Of a stretch of DNA of 64,000 bases, positions 1 to 16,231 are shown in pieces. The translations under genes and the position numbers were made by a program. How positions within the stretch are numbered: position 1 is the first letter of the stretch; each line of letters begins with the position of its first letter. This stretch comes from the human T2T-CHM13v2.0 reference genome, Homo sapiens. The DNA is taken from the NCBI RefSeq assembly GCF_009914755.1, contig NC_060939.1. One strand, written 5' to 3'. Below the pieces are notes generated by a model. The model had not been told where the DNA came from. It made no database searches and saw only the letters and a program-made list of their open reading frames with translations.

Positions 1-160
1 CTGGAAACTGAAAACTGAGAGGATCCACATGGACAATCAAGCATGCCTCTGTGATGAAGTTCCAGTAAAAACCCTGAACACTGAGGCTTGAGGGAGTCTC
101 TCTGGCTGGGAATACTCCATGTGTATTGGCACATATCAAAGCCAGAAGGGTAATGCACTG
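1..160 (+). mobile_element. LTR fragment (MER21-like, ERVL-type)
   Basis: gtaaaaaccctgaacactgaggcttgagggagtctctctggctgggaatactccatgtgtattggcacat resembles the MER21 consensus as I recall it. Confidence 0.5.
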
Positions 161-164
161 CCAG

Positions 165-2056
<1,892 letters not shown>

Positions 2057-2439
2057 CTGTTATGGAAAGAACTGTTATGGAGCAGTTCTCCCCGTCCCCA
2101 CCCACATCATTTTTCATCAACTCTAGATGAGCTAAGGGCCCCCAAATGCCTTAGGCTTAGCATTCCTTGGGGCGAAGTCCCTTCTTGCTCAGAGTCTAAA
2201 AGACAAGTAGTGACACTGTTTCTGCCTGATAGGCCTTCAGTCTCCAGAGTGGAGAATCTGCCTTTGTGTGAGGTCTTAGTAAGAAAAGCTAGGAGCCAGA
2301 TCATATCCTCTCTCACCCTGCTGCATCCAGGGAGTGTGCATGTGACTTACTCAGCCAACCCAATGCTGTTTCCTTGCACGTGGAAATTTGAGTGAGAAAG
2401 GTGGGGAAACGAGATGGTTGTAGCACCACCAGAGGTCAT

Positions 2440-2645
2440 GGGGTGGGGAGGCTGAACTGTTTCTGCTAAGAGACTGTTATTGTGGTTCTTGGGGCCTTCC
2501 TCTTTGTTTCTTGGGTCCTAACTGTTCTCAAGCCTGATCCATCAGCTCCCTTCTATTCTGTCAGTTCCCTGACAGTCTTTCAATAAGTCCCTTTTACTTA
2601 AGTTAGCCAGATTAGTTCTCAAGCTTTTAACCAAGAATGCTTCCT
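2440..2645 (+). mobile_element. MaLR (MLT1-like) LTR 3' fragment
   Basis: tcaataagtccctttttacttaagttagccagattagttctc...aaccaagaatgc resembles the MLT1 LTR 3' end. Confidence 0.45.
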
Positions 2646-3700
2646 GGTGGAACAGAGCCTCTCTCACCCCTGTGGTTTGGCCAATAGAGAAAGGAATCTC
2701 TTGGGGGAGCAACCTTGAACTTCGCTTTGTTTCCAGGCTTGCCCCACTGTGGCAGGCTGGTCTTAGGGTACTGCCTCAGCCACCAGGACCCTTCTCAGTA
2801 GGATCATTCACCATATATTGGTCTTAAGTGTGACTTTCTCTCTGTCTCATGTAGGATAGTTGACACTGGCAAGGACCAGCTTCCCAGAATCAGACACAGA
2901 GGAGATGGCTTCTCTAGGACTCTCCAGTAACAAGCTAGTGCCAGTTCTTGTGGTGAAGGGTTGACATAGTTTAGGAACAGAGAGGTAAATGAACTCATGG
3001 ACTGCTGGAAAGTTTTAGCTGTGCATCCCCATCCTCCCCTGCATCTTTTCCCTTTTGCATACATTTCCATTCCTGGTAAGGATGGACACGTCGGGAAACC
3101 CATCTTTGTTAATATAATGTCATCCCAAAAAAATCAGTGGAGGGGTTGTGGCCTGGAGTTCTGCATCCGGGGGCTTAGTGCAGATTTCTCAGGCTGGCCT
3201 GAAGGTGGTGCTGTTTGCATGTGGTCAGTCTGGACTGATAAAGATACTATCAGGGTATTGGATAAGATTCACTAGATAAACTTAACTTTGCATTTCTGTA
3301 TCTGGATTAAAGAGGTTAATTAGTGAAAACCACGTGAATTTCACTTCATTGGAGTGGGCAGAGGATTTTCTAACACAAAACTCAGATGTTATAAAAAGAC
3401 AAGATTAACAAATTTGATTGCATAAAAACTTCCAATTTCTATAGCAGAAAACAGCAAACTGAGAAATAGTAACAACTATTGTGACAAAGAGATAATTTTC
3501 TTAATATACAAAGAGCTCTTACAAATAAATCCAATTAAAAATGGGAAAAGGACCGGGCACGGTGGCTCATGCCTCCCAGCAGTCTGGACCAAAGTAAATG
3601 TGAGATGCAAGTGGGGCAGCAAGGAATGGTGGACACAGACATTGCCTGTGTCTCCTCTGCTCACACGCAGGCTCCTTTGTCCCATCAGACCTTGCTTACT

Positions 3701-4003
<303 letters not shown>

Positions 4004-4343
4004 TAGAATATGGCAACAGCAGAGCATTGTACACCTGCCCCACTTCTCCCCACTCTCCATTGCTTTTTCCTAGGCAACCACCTTCAAACTTAACACTGTT
4101 AGCTTTTTCTTGTATTTATTTTCCTATTTCCAAAAAGCATTGCTAGACTCTCATTTATTGATTTTCCAGTTTAGATATTATCTGGAAGGTTGGGATTTAG
4201 CACCCTTGCATCACTTCCTGTATGTGCATTTGTCCCCTCCCTTTCATCCCAATTTTGTGTTAACATATTTGGATTAAGTCCACATTCCACGTTTTCATTA
4301 TTATGGCTGTAAATCTTGATGGCTGAACTAAGTGTTGTAATAA

Positions 4344-4645
<302 letters not shown>

Positions 4646-4899
4646 ATCTAGATGGCATTTCTTTTTAAGAACAGTTTTTTTTGTGCTTTGTTTTCCTTGC
4701 TTCTCCAGGCCTTCCAGATCCTTTAATAGTTTTATAAGATGTCTCTTAATCCAGTTTTCCCAAAGGTAATCCCTACCAGATAATCCAGCAGTTCCCTTCT
4801 TTCCTGGACCCTCCTCCCAACTTCCCTCGGTCCTCTAGTTTAGACTAGATGCTTTCTAGGCCTGCCCCAAAATATTTATGGAGGGTCTTCCTGTTTCTT

Positions 4900-5440
4900 G
4901 GATCCCATGCTACTTTTTTTATGGGGAGGTACCTTTTTTTTTTTTTAATTTGTTTTGGTGGAGCACATCCTCAAGTAGCTTTCTGAGAAAGAGTGCATGG
5001 AGGTAAATGGTTTGCCCATCTCAAAGTGTCTTTATTCTTTGCTCACATCTGATTGATATTTTGATTTGATATCAACCTCTGAGTTGAAAGTGACTCTTCT
5101 TCAGAATGTTGAAGGCATTTTTCTGTTGTCTTCTAGCTTCCAACATTGCTCTGAAGAGGTCCCATACCATTCTGATTTGAATGTGACCTTTTACAAAATC
5201 TGGAAGCTTTTAGGACTCTCTCTCTTTCTCTCTTTTTGGTGATTTTAAATTTTACAATATATGCCTTGGCCTATTTTAATTTGAGGGAGCACTCATTGGA
5301 CTGTTTTAATCTAGAAACTTGTGCCCTTCGGTTCTTGAACTGTTGTTGTATTATTTATTTGATAACTTTCTTACATTTTCTCTTTTTGGAACCCTTAATA
5401 TTCACCTATTTTCTCACTTTCTTATTTTTAAATGTTTTAT
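4900..5440 (-). mobile_element. Ancient L1M fragment
   Basis: T-rich; agctttctgagaaagagtgcatggagg...ttcttcagaatgttgaaggcatt...ttctagcttccaacattgct resembles antisense old L1 5' region. Confidence 0.5.
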
Positions 5441-5454
5441 ACTTTTTCATCTTT

Positions 5455-5820
5455 GTTTTCCTTTCTCCTTCCTTCCTTCCTTCTTTCTTCTTTCTTTCCT
5501 TTCCTTTCCTTTCCTTTTCTTTTCTTTGTTTTCTTTCTTTCTTTCTTTTGAGACAGGGTCTTGCTTTGTTGCCCAGGCTGGAGTGCAGTGCCACAATCAT
5601 GGCTCACTGCAGCTCGAGCTGCCAGGCACAAGAGATCCTCCTGCCTCAGCATCCCAAGTAGCTGGGGCTACAGGTGTGTGCCACCACACCCAGCTAATTT
5701 TTTCAATTTTTTGTAGAGATGGGGTTTTGCCATGTTGCTCAGGCTGGGCTTGAACTCCTGGACTCCTCCCTCATCCTCCCAAAGTTCTGGGATTACGGGC
5801 GTGAGCCAGCATGCCCAGCC
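5455..5820 (-). mobile_element. AluJ-like with tail expanded into a (TTCC/TTTC)n microsatellite
   Basis: gagacagggtcttgctttgttgcccaggctgg; pyrimidine repeat at 5455-5549. Confidence 0.9.
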
Positions 5821-5934
5821 ATCTCTTTCTGTCTTCTAGGAGGTATCTGATTCATCTTTACTTTACAATCCTATTAAATTTTTGAATTTTTTCATCGTAC
5901 TTTTAATTTCTTAAACTTTCTCATTCACTAAATA

Positions 5935-6163
5935 CACATTGAGTTCACATCTGAAATACTTGGGACCAGAAGTGTTTTAGATTTTGGATTTTTTTTTTTT
6001 ATTTTGGAGTATTTGCATTATACTTAGCAGTTCAGAATCCCCAGTCTGAAAGTCCAAAATCTGAAGTGCTCCAAAGAGCATTTCCTCTGAGCATCATGTT
6101 AGTGCTCAAAAGTTTTGGATTTTGGAGCATTTGGATTTTGGGATTGGAGATGCTCAATCTGTG
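5935..6163. mobile_element. Tigger4/MER46-like DNA transposon
   Basis: ccaaaatctgaagtgctccaa ... ttttggagcatttggattttgggattggagatgctcaatctg, internal inverted structure typical of MER46/Tigger4. Confidence 0.75.
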
Positions 6164-6327
6164 CACCTTTTGATCCTATTCTTGTTTCATGGGTACAGTA
6201 TGTTCTCTTATCTCTGTGAGGTTATTACTTACATGGATTTGACTTTTTTCTTCTGTTCCCTGAAATGTTTTTCTTTCCTTTGGGTTATTTTAAAAATACA
6301 TATTTGTTTCATGTTAACAGTTTTCTT

Positions 6328-6649
<322 letters not shown>

Positions 6650-7338
6650 CTAATTGGGCAGTTTGTGGACTTGGGCAGGACTTTTCCAAGTCTCTGCTGA
6701 AAGACTGGTTCAGATGGGGCTATTTTGGGAAGATCCTCTAATGTCAGTCACTGAGGTCATTTTTCTGAGTGAACCAGTTTCCCCAGAGAACAATCCTCTC
6801 GACTTTTCCTGGGAGAGTGTATGTCTGGCTGCAGCATCCAAGTGGGGAAGGGGCTTGGCATGTTTCTTACCCTTCAATGTGTAGACTTTTGCTTGTCCCC
6901 TTTTCTCTGTAGGTCCTTCTGCCTTGGGCCTTCATGTATGTCTACCATTCCTGGGCCAGAGCCTCCTGGTTCACCCTCCCCAGGGAGTGATCCTCAGCCC
7001 TCTGCTGGGTGGCAGGTGGCCGTCACTTGGCTACTCAGGGTTGGGGAGGGGATCTAGGGTCTGATCGGTTCTTACAGACTTTCAGCCCTACTGTCTTCAG
7101 CCCTCCTGGCACTAAGGCCCTGAGGGGTCCCTGGAAACTCCATTCCTGAGCCTTTCCGGGCTTCTCCTTCTGGGTGGTTCCTCCCTGCAGGCAGTTGGCT
7201 CTCAGCTTTTATCACTCTACCAAGTCAGCTACTGCCTGGCCATCTGCTTCCCAGCTTCCAGAATCTTGTTGACATCCTTCATTACCCATCATCACCCCTT
7301 ATGGATTTATGCCTTGTTTATTTCCTCTACTGTCATCA

Positions 7339-7890
<552 letters not shown>

Positions 7891-10800
7891 TTAGCTCTTA
7901 AGCCTCAAAAAATGGACATGATGATGGGCCTGCCTTGTGCATGTGATATGAGGAATAAGTGAGAAAACGCATGCAGTGCTTAGCACAGTGCCTGCCACGC
8001 AGTAAGCATTTCACGCACGCTCATTACTATTCCTTCCACTGTTACCAAGTGATAGATAGGATGGACTTGAACCAGGGAAGTGGCCTGAAGGTGGGGAGGA
8101 GGGTGTGTCTCCTTCCCCAGAGAGAGGCAGAGAATGAGAGAATGGCTTCAGAAAATCAGAATAGTAGCTGCCCCCACAGCACCCCCAGGGCTTGTTCCCA
8201 GCTGCCCCGACCCAGGGTGCCGCCCAACAGCCTGGTTCTAGGACAGACAGACAGACAAGTCTGTCCTCATTCAGCTGCTGGAATGCTTGAGGGACTTGGC
8301 TCGGGGCCTGGGGTGAGGGTGAGAGGACAGGGTGAGAGTCAGAGCCAGCCGGGGCCTCCCAGAGCCTTGGCACCAGGGAGAGCCAGACAGAAGCAGAGCA
8401 ATACGTGCCTCCCCAGGGGAGCGGGCCCCTCCCCAATGGAGGGGCGTTTGGGAGGAAGAATAACCCCTTCTTCCCAAGGTCCTTTTGCACTTTCACCTTT
8501 GCATCCTGGGAGTCAGGTAGCAGGGCCCTCCCAAGGCCCAGGAGGTGGAAGGAAGAGGGTGTGCGGAGGTGGGGAGGGTGGCAGCAGCCTGTCTTCCAGC
8601 CTGCAGCCTTTGGTCTCCTTGATGGGGGTGGGACAGGAGAGAGAGGATGGGCCCCACCCAAGCAGGTTGGGGGACAGAATGAGTGAGATTCACCGAAAGT
8701 GCCAAACAGTCAGGCAGTGTTTCTAGGACTTGGGGGCGTCGCAGAGGCACTCACAGACCACCCTCTCATCCTAGCTGGTCCTGAAGCCCTTTGGCTTCCT
8801 GCATATAGATGCTTATCCAGCCAGGTAGACCCACAGGGCTGAATCCAAACTCGTTCTTGCTGTGTCCACAGACTCCATGTCCATCAGGCCCTGTGTGTGG
8901 GGACCGTGGTAAAGGAGACAGACCTCCAGGTGCCTGTCCTCCAGGCCCTCACACCATGGGGAGATGGACAGATGACAGTTGGGGATGATTGGCACTGAGG
9001 CATGCAGTCCTCGTGGGTCTGTAGGAATGGGGAGAGGGGCACCAAGCCCTCCTGGGTTCAGGAACAGTGACTCGGAGAAGGAGCCTGCCTTCTAAAGGCC
9101 AGCTTCCACGCCGAGGAAGAAGGGTGCTGCTGTAAGTGGAGGGCAGGCTGGGCAGAGGCCAGGGCCATGCGAGTATAGGGTGGGGCAGAAGAACCCTCAG
9201 GAGGTGGTGGGGGGGCACTGGAGGGTAGCTTCTGGAGCTTGTCCAAGAGGGTTGACCTGAAGAACTCTAAGAACCTTTCCGGACTGACAGGTGCTTTAAG
9301 GGACCCTGGGGAGAGGTCACAGCATTTCACCAGTGTCAACTTGGACCTGGGTGGGGAGGAGGGGAGGCCCTGGTCCCTGCTTTCCTCAAAGCCAGCATTT
9401 CTACAGGGAGAGAGGCAGGCTGGGTCACATGTGGGGTCCTTCACTTCACCCCGTGGACCCCCCATTCAGTGACTCCATGACCAGATCCCAGGGGTGGCCA
9501 GGGGAGCGGGCCCCCAGGTCTCTCCTGTCAGTGGCAGGCAGCTCTTTGCAGTCTCAAGGTGAGAGTGAGGCTTCTGACCGGAGTCACCTACTGTCTCCTT
9601 TGACCTCTTGTGGGACTGCCCAGCCCCGCTATAATTAGCTTAAGGAGGGGCGTGGAGGGGAAGGGCTGACGGGTTTGGGGATCCGGGTGTGTCGGCAGCG
9701 CAGAGGACCTGGCAGTGAGCCTGCCAGAGGAAGGAAGGGCTGGCTGCCGGCCGCCTGTGTGATTTTTCCCAAGAAGACACTGCTATTTATACTCCTGTAG
9801 CTTGGGATCAGCCTCTTGTAGATGAGGACGTGAAGGCCCAAGGCCACACAGCATCTGCAGCCAGGCAAAGAGTAGAACTTGGGTTTCTGACTCCCAAGAC
9901 AGCACCTCGGCCTGATTCTCACAGTGGATTCTGTGAGGGTCGCCTCATGCTCCCGACTTCTCCCACACACCCAGGGTGGGCTGAGAGGTTGTTGTGGCTT
10001 CAGCTGCCCAACAGCAGGCCCGCAGGAGCCACATGTGCAGCGAGTCAGCACTGGGGCAGCCAGGAAGCAGAAGGGCTGGGCTGCAGCCCAGGGACTGTTG
10101 GTGCCGGGATGAGGTGCATTGGACCCCTCAGCCCCTGGGTCAGAGGACCCCCTGGCTGGGATGGGTGAGCCCCCAGTCTACCTCCTCGAGCCACGGAATG
10201 CTAGCGGGAAGGAGGGAGCCCAGGGCCAGCTGACCCCACCACCCGCCGCTGACACTCTGCCCCGGGTGCAGGCCCAGGAAGGCTCAAGGAGCCCCAAGCC
10301 CCAGGAGCACTTGGGGACACTCCTTTCTCCCCGCCAGGCCTCACTGCCATGGTTTTGAACTTGTATCTGGGGTGAAGTATTTGAGGCCAGGCTCGCGGTT
10401 GAATGGGAGGAGCCTGGCACTGCAGGCAGCCCAGTGAGTAGACACAGCCTGGTGCAGGCAGCCTGGGCATGGCTCCAGATCCTGGCCATCACATCTCTCT
10501 TGCGCGACCCAGGGCAAGTGACATATGGGCCCTGAGTGCATGAGGGGAGATGATGGTAGAGTCTGCCCAGGATGTTGTGAGGAGCAAATGAGAGGGTATG
10601 CACCCGGGACCAGCCTGGCACGTGGTCATCTTGGGCACTAGGACTGCATCCAGCAGCTGCTCATCTGCCAACGCCCATGTTAGAGGATCTGTTTCCAGCC
10701 AGCATGGGCAGTCTGAGTGATTCCAGGAGGATTCCAGGGTTCTCAGTAGAAGTCTGGTCACCTTGGCTTTCTTCTCCGCAGCTCTGGGCAGGGCCAGGGG

Positions 10801-12278
10801 CCTGTCACTGGTCGGGGGACTTAGGAGACCACGCAAACACCCACTCCACCCTGGATCTCCAAGCTGCCAGGCCCCCTCTGAAATCTGGGCTTCGGGATTC
10901 CATGGTCTGATCCACCCTCCCAGCCCCTCTCCACACCTGCCTTCAGTAGTCTTGGCCCTGTTTCCTGAACCTTTTGTGTTCTCCCAGCCTCTCTACATCT
11001 CAGAGTGTCTCTTTCTCTCCCTGCTGGACTCCAGAATCCATCACCTTTGCCCTTCTTCCCTGTGCAACCCCCCCACCCCCATCCCAATCAGGACTGTACG
11101 CTCATCCTGACCCTCTGGCCTGGCGCCACCTGCCCTAAGGCCACCCAGACTGGAGAACTGGAGGGTTGGTGCCTCCCCATCTCCCCTGCCTGGCTAGAGG
11201 CCCCAGGTCCCACGGGTCCTGCCTCCCTCCATTGCTTCTGCCCAAGTCGTGGCTGCCTGGGTCGTCCCCAGCCCTGCATGTCTGCGTGGCTCAATTCTCC
11301 CCAGCCACTGCTGCCCCCAGAGGGCCCCAAACCTTCCTCCAGTTCCTCCAGGACAGCAATGAGCCGTGGGTGGGGTGGTCAGCATGCCAGGGCACTCCTA
11401 CTAAGCTGTAGTGGTACCCACCTAAGGTCCAGCAGGGGCAGCAGGCTGGTCACTGGTCCCAGAAGCAACAGCATGCCCGAGGGCTGTAAAGAGTGAGGCA
11501 GGGGCAGAAGCATGTGCCAGCCGGGCCTGGGCCGCCCTCCCCAGGGCCCCCGCCTCCATGCTCACTGCCTCGTGGTGTTGGGGCTGGGCAGCCTTGTCTT
11601 CGCCACACCGCAGCAGCAGGAGTATGTGGTGGATACAGATGGCACCTGCTCATGTCTGCCAGTTTCCCCGCCATCGCTGCCAGGGAATGCCAGCTGGAAG
11701 AAGGCAGGAGTAGATAGGGTATGACAGAGGCCGGAGGCCAGCCCTGTCGGGGTGTGGGGGAAACAGGACAGGCATGCCTGCCCTGGGCTCTCTCCCAGGG
11801 GAGGGGCTGCTTTCCAGACCTCGCCTTTCCACAGATGACCTGAGGTCTTCTGCCTGGGTGGGGCCGTCGGAGGCTCTGTTGTGTCAACTGTGATGTGATG
11901 TTCTCCAGATCCTTGTCGGGCCTGGCTTCCAGGATCTGGGCTCAGACACGGAGGTTGCAGGGTCGGAGAGCAGGGCCACATGACGGCTTGGCGGTCCTTC
12001 CGAGGGAAGGGCCCTGACAACGTGTGCAGAGGCCTGGGGTTGGGGTTGGGGTTGTTTAGCCAGCTGGAGTGCCCAGGAGGTGAGATGACAGAGGCCGGGA
12101 GGGCCTGTGCTGCTGGCTGCGGGTGGAGGATCGGCTGAGCCGAGCAGGGAGGCTGGAGTTTCCTACAGTTGCAGGGCTCTGTGCCCCCTCCCGCCTCTCC
12201 TCCTCTCCCGGCCCCACCAAGCCTTCTCCGATGGGTCTCACAGGCTGCGCCCCCTGCATCCTCCCATCCCATCTCTAG

Positions 12279-12423
12279 CCGTGGATGGGGCCTGTGCCTG
12301 GACGACCCTCCTGCCAAGGACATCATCGACTTCCCCTTGGTGCTGCCTGGCGTCCCCTATGCTGTGAGCCACCAGTGCCGCCTCCAGTACGGGGCCTACT
12401 CTGCCTTCTGCGAGGACATGGAT
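12279..12423 (+). pseudogene. ADAMTS7P3: ADAMTS7P exon (parental exon 9 equivalent)
   Basis: ctctag|C CGT GGA TGG ... ATG GAT|gtgagt; 145 bp; RGWGLCLDDPPAKDIIDFPLVLPGVPYAVSHQCRLQYGAYSAFCEDMD. Confidence 0.93.
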
Positions 12424-13025
12424 GTGAGTGGGGCCGGTGTGGGTGTGGGGGTGTGGGGACCTGGCAGGAGGGCTCAGGGGGCAGCTCTCACCAGCCCGTG
12501 GATGCCAGCCTGGGAGCAACCTCTCCTGGCCTGGGCTGCGCCCCCGAGTGACACTGTGAGACGTCAAGTGGCCTGTGGGAGAGGCCAGGGATAGGTGGCC
12601 ACAGACCCAACTCTGAATTCTGGGTCAACCATGGACCGACTGTGACCCTTCGGACAAGTCCCTTCGCCTCTCTGGAGCTGGCTCATAAGAGGGAAAAGGA
12701 ACCCCTGTGGAGAGGGTCTATTTATCCTGGCGAAGATCGCCTGAAGTGATCTTCTAACAGGAGTGTTTCCAGAGGAGGGGCTGGGCCGGGAGAGGTGTGG
12801 ACAGCTGGGGACCGCTCTGAGCAGCGCAGCCCCGGGCGCCCCACACCACCACATGGTCTGGGGAGGAAGGTGGGAGCAGGCACACAAGAAGGAACCTCTG
12901 GGGGTCTGTGGGCCCCTGCCATGTGGAGGGGTGCCCAGGGGACCCTTGGGGACAGGGAGGGGGGCAGGGTGGGTGGCAGCACTGGGTAGGGTGTGAGGGT
13001 ATGGCCCATGCCCTCCTTCTCGCGG

Positions 13026-13104
13026 AATGTCTGCCACACACTCTGGTGCTCTGTGGGGACCACCTGTCACTCCAAGCTGGATGCAGCCATGGACGGCACC
13101 CGGT
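13026..13104 (+). pseudogene. ADAMTS7P3: ADAMTS7P exon 10 remnant (acceptor AG>GG; 3' end and donor lost)
   Basis: ccttctcgcgg|AATGTCTGC gives [26 protein letters not shown]; similarity then stops (expected CGENK plus GT absent). Confidence 0.85.
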
Positions 13105-13517
13105 TGGGGGTGTCCCCAGTCCCGGCGGTGGGTGTGTGAGAGACTAGACCTCCTGCTGTGGCCGGGCCCTGGGGTCAGCCTCGGCTCACAGTCTTGCCTG
13201 TGCTTGTAGCAGAGCCCCAAGCTCTCTGCAGCCCAAGCCCCCGTCTGCAAAGTGGAGGCATTGGGGCCAGGGTTTGATTCCATGATTCCCCAGGGTGTCT
13301 TCAGCTGAGTCAGCATGTGGGCTGTTTTACTCCCCGCTCAGCTCCTCCATGTGGCCTGGGTCACAAATGATTGTGATGATTGTGAGGAGGCCTCTCTCAC
13401 CTTCCATCCTTCCCCTCTGTGCCTTTCGCAGCCTTCCCACCCACCTTGTTCTCACTAGGGTGAGGATGACTGATAGGCTTGGGGGTGGGGTGGCTCTACC
13501 TCCGTCTGTCTCGGTAG

Positions 13518-13663
13518 TGGTGTCTCAATGGGGAGTGCGTACCCGTGGGCTTCCGGCCCGAGGCCGTGGATGGTGGCTGGTCCAGCTGGAGCGCCTGGTC
13601 CATCTGCTCATGGAGCTGTGGCATTGGCGTTTAGAGCGCCAAGCGGCAGTGCATGTGGCCTAC
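13518..13663 (+). pseudogene. ADAMTS7P3: ADAMTS7P exon 11 equivalent (start of TSR1) with TAG at 13632-13634
   Basis: ggtag|TGGTGTCTC ... CCT AC|gtgagt; WCLNGECVPVGFRPEAVDGGWSSWSAWSICSWSCGIGV*SAKRQCMWP. Confidence 0.92.
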
Positions 13664-15074
13664 GTGAGTGTGGGGCCCAGGGTGCCCTGGACAATGGGGA
13701 CAGAGGGACCCAAACAGTCAGCCGATTGCAGGAGCTTGGCTCTGTCCCAGCCCCTGGCTCTTAGAAGTGTCCTCATAATGGTCAGTCCGAGTGTCCAGGC
13801 CACCTTGAGTCACTTTCAAGGAGTGTTCTGGGGGCTGACAGGGTCCCCACTGCTGACCCCTTTGCAGAGACTGCTGACCCCTTTGCAGAGAGGGGACACT
13901 GAGGCCCAGAGACTGGAGAGACTCATCAGAGGCCACATGGCAAAGCAGTTGCTGGCTGGAAGGAGGCAGGAGAGGGCAGTGGGGAAGAGCATGGGCCCTG
14001 GACCTTAGATGGCTCAGGATTTGAATCCCCTCTTCACCCCTTCTCTGGGCCTTCGTTTCCCCATCTGTATAATAGCAGTGCCCATCCAGTAAAGTTGTAG
14101 TCAGGGGCAAATGCGGTTTACGCAGGCCAGGTCCTCAGCCCTGCAGCTCATCTGTAGTGGGCACTCAGCGGGAGGGGCTTCTTGGCCTCAGGGACACAGC
14201 GAGAGTCTGAGATGAGACTGGGGGCAGCTGGGAGGATGGGACAGCACTGAAGGGGTGGCCTGAGGTGAGTGACTTCACTTCTCTGGGCCTCTGTTTCCCC
14301 ATCTAAACGGGGGTGCGCAGGGGGTGTGAAGATCTGGTGAGACGTACAGGCCAGTGGTACTGTAGACCGAGGCACTACCCGGCTGATCTTCACTTCAGGA
14401 GGCCACCCGGGGCAGGCATGGGGTTCACAGCCAGCCCCACCCAGGGCCCTGCGCTTACCCAAGACTGGCCTGTGCCCCTCCCTGCCTCCTGGCCTCCAGG
14501 TCTGAGCTGGGTGGGGGCCAGCGACCCTGGCCTAGATGCAGAGGATTTTAGGAGCTGTGCTAGGTCAGACCTTTCAGCTGGCTGGGGCGCTGGGCGCTTC
14601 CTTTAGACCCGGGCTGGGGGTACTGCCACCAGGAGGAAGGCTGAGGACTCAAGGGCTCGTTAGGATGCTGGTATCATGGGCTGAAGACTCAGAGCAGTCC
14701 CTCCAGCCAGTGCTAGTCATGCCTGCAGCTTGTCCCAGCTTCTCAACAGCCCTCTGCAGAAGCAGCCCCAAACCCCACTTTATACATGAGGAAACTGAGG
14801 CCCAGAGGGTGGCCGAAGACTTGCCCACGGTCACACAGCAGGTTGGGGGCAGAGCTCAGGCTTCCTGCTGCCACCTCCCCGCAGGTCCTTACAAACAGGG
14901 AGAGTGTGTCTGGGCCAGAGGGTGGGCAACCCAAGGGAGGGGAGCAGCGTGCACAAAGCTGGGTGGCAGGGATCTCAGGGTGTGGATGCAGGAGGAAGTT
15001 GCTTGCTCTGGGCTGTGGCCATGCAGTAGCACTCACTGGGCCCTCACTGGGGCCCACCCCGGTTCTCCCCACAG

Positions 15075-15244
15075 GCCCAAATACAAAGGCAGATACTGTG
15101 TGGGTGAGCGCAAGCGCTTCCGCCTCTGCAACCTGCAGGCCTGCTCCGCTGGCCGCCCCTCCTTCCGCCACGTCCAGTGCAGCCACTTTGACGCTATGCT
15201 CTACAAGGGCCAGCTGCACACATGGGTGCCCGTGGTCAATGACG
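15075..15244 (+). pseudogene. ADAMTS7P3: ADAMTS7P exon 12 equivalent
   Basis: cacag|G CCC AAA TAC ... GAC G|gtgagt; PKYKGRYCVGERKRFRLCNLQACSAGRPSFRHVQCSHFDAMLYKGQLHTWVPVVND. Confidence 0.93.
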
Positions 15245-16231
15245 GTGAGTGCTGCCTCCCATGGAGACACTGAGGCTCAGAGGGCTGGGGGTGTGTGGGT
15301 CCAAGGTTACCCTGTGATGCGAGCAGGAGGCCCAGTCTCCACCCCAAGCCTGGGCCACTCCCACTGTCCCCTGGGGCTGCTGCTCGCCCCTAGCTCCCCA
15401 GTCTGCAGCCTTGCAGATAGCTATCAGCCCAGCCGGAGCCTCCAGCATGTTGGTGCTACTAGGGAGCCTCCAGCCTGCCATGGATGTGTGTCACTCCTGG
15501 CACTGGGGACCCTCCCAGTCAGGCCTCGCCCCCCTGCGTCTCCTTGGATGCCTCCACCAGTACCGCCCCAGCCAGGAAACCAGAGCCCAGGCAGTGGCTT
15601 GACCTCTTGCTGGCTGGCTGACCCCAGGCAGTGGTTTGCTCCCTGATAGAAGGGATTAAATGAGGTGGCACAGATGACACAGAGGGCTCTGAGCCGCGAA
15701 GAGTAGCCCTCAGTGTGTGGTAACAATTTCTATTCTTATTTTTAATAACAATGACGGCCTCTCCTCTTTGCCCATGTCCCCAGCGACCTACTTGTCCCTG
15801 CTTCTTGCCCTCTAAGCCTCTGGGGTATCAAGGCCTGGGCTCCGAGGAGGACCAGGAGGGAGGTGCCAATCCCCAGTGCCTTTGACGTTGAAATTCCCTG
15901 CACGCGCTGCTCAGGAGCCCGTGGCGTGTCAGATCCCCTGCCTGCCCGCAGCCTTTGCAGAACTCTTCCCTTCTCTTGTCTCATGTGATGCTCATGACAT
16001 GCCTTTAAGGGAGGGGTGGGTCTCCCCGTCTCACATCTGAGGAAACTGAGGCTTAGGGAGGTAGAGAGGTTCACCTGGGTCAGAGGCACAGCTGGGATGG
16101 GGCAGGGCCAGAGAGAGGCCTCCCGACCCCAACTCCCAGCTTTCTCCTCCTGACCCTGGCTGGCCCCCGGGGCTGGGGCCACAGAGGGCTGGCCGCCAGC
16201 ACCAGGGGCCTCCCCTCCTCGTGTGTTGCAG

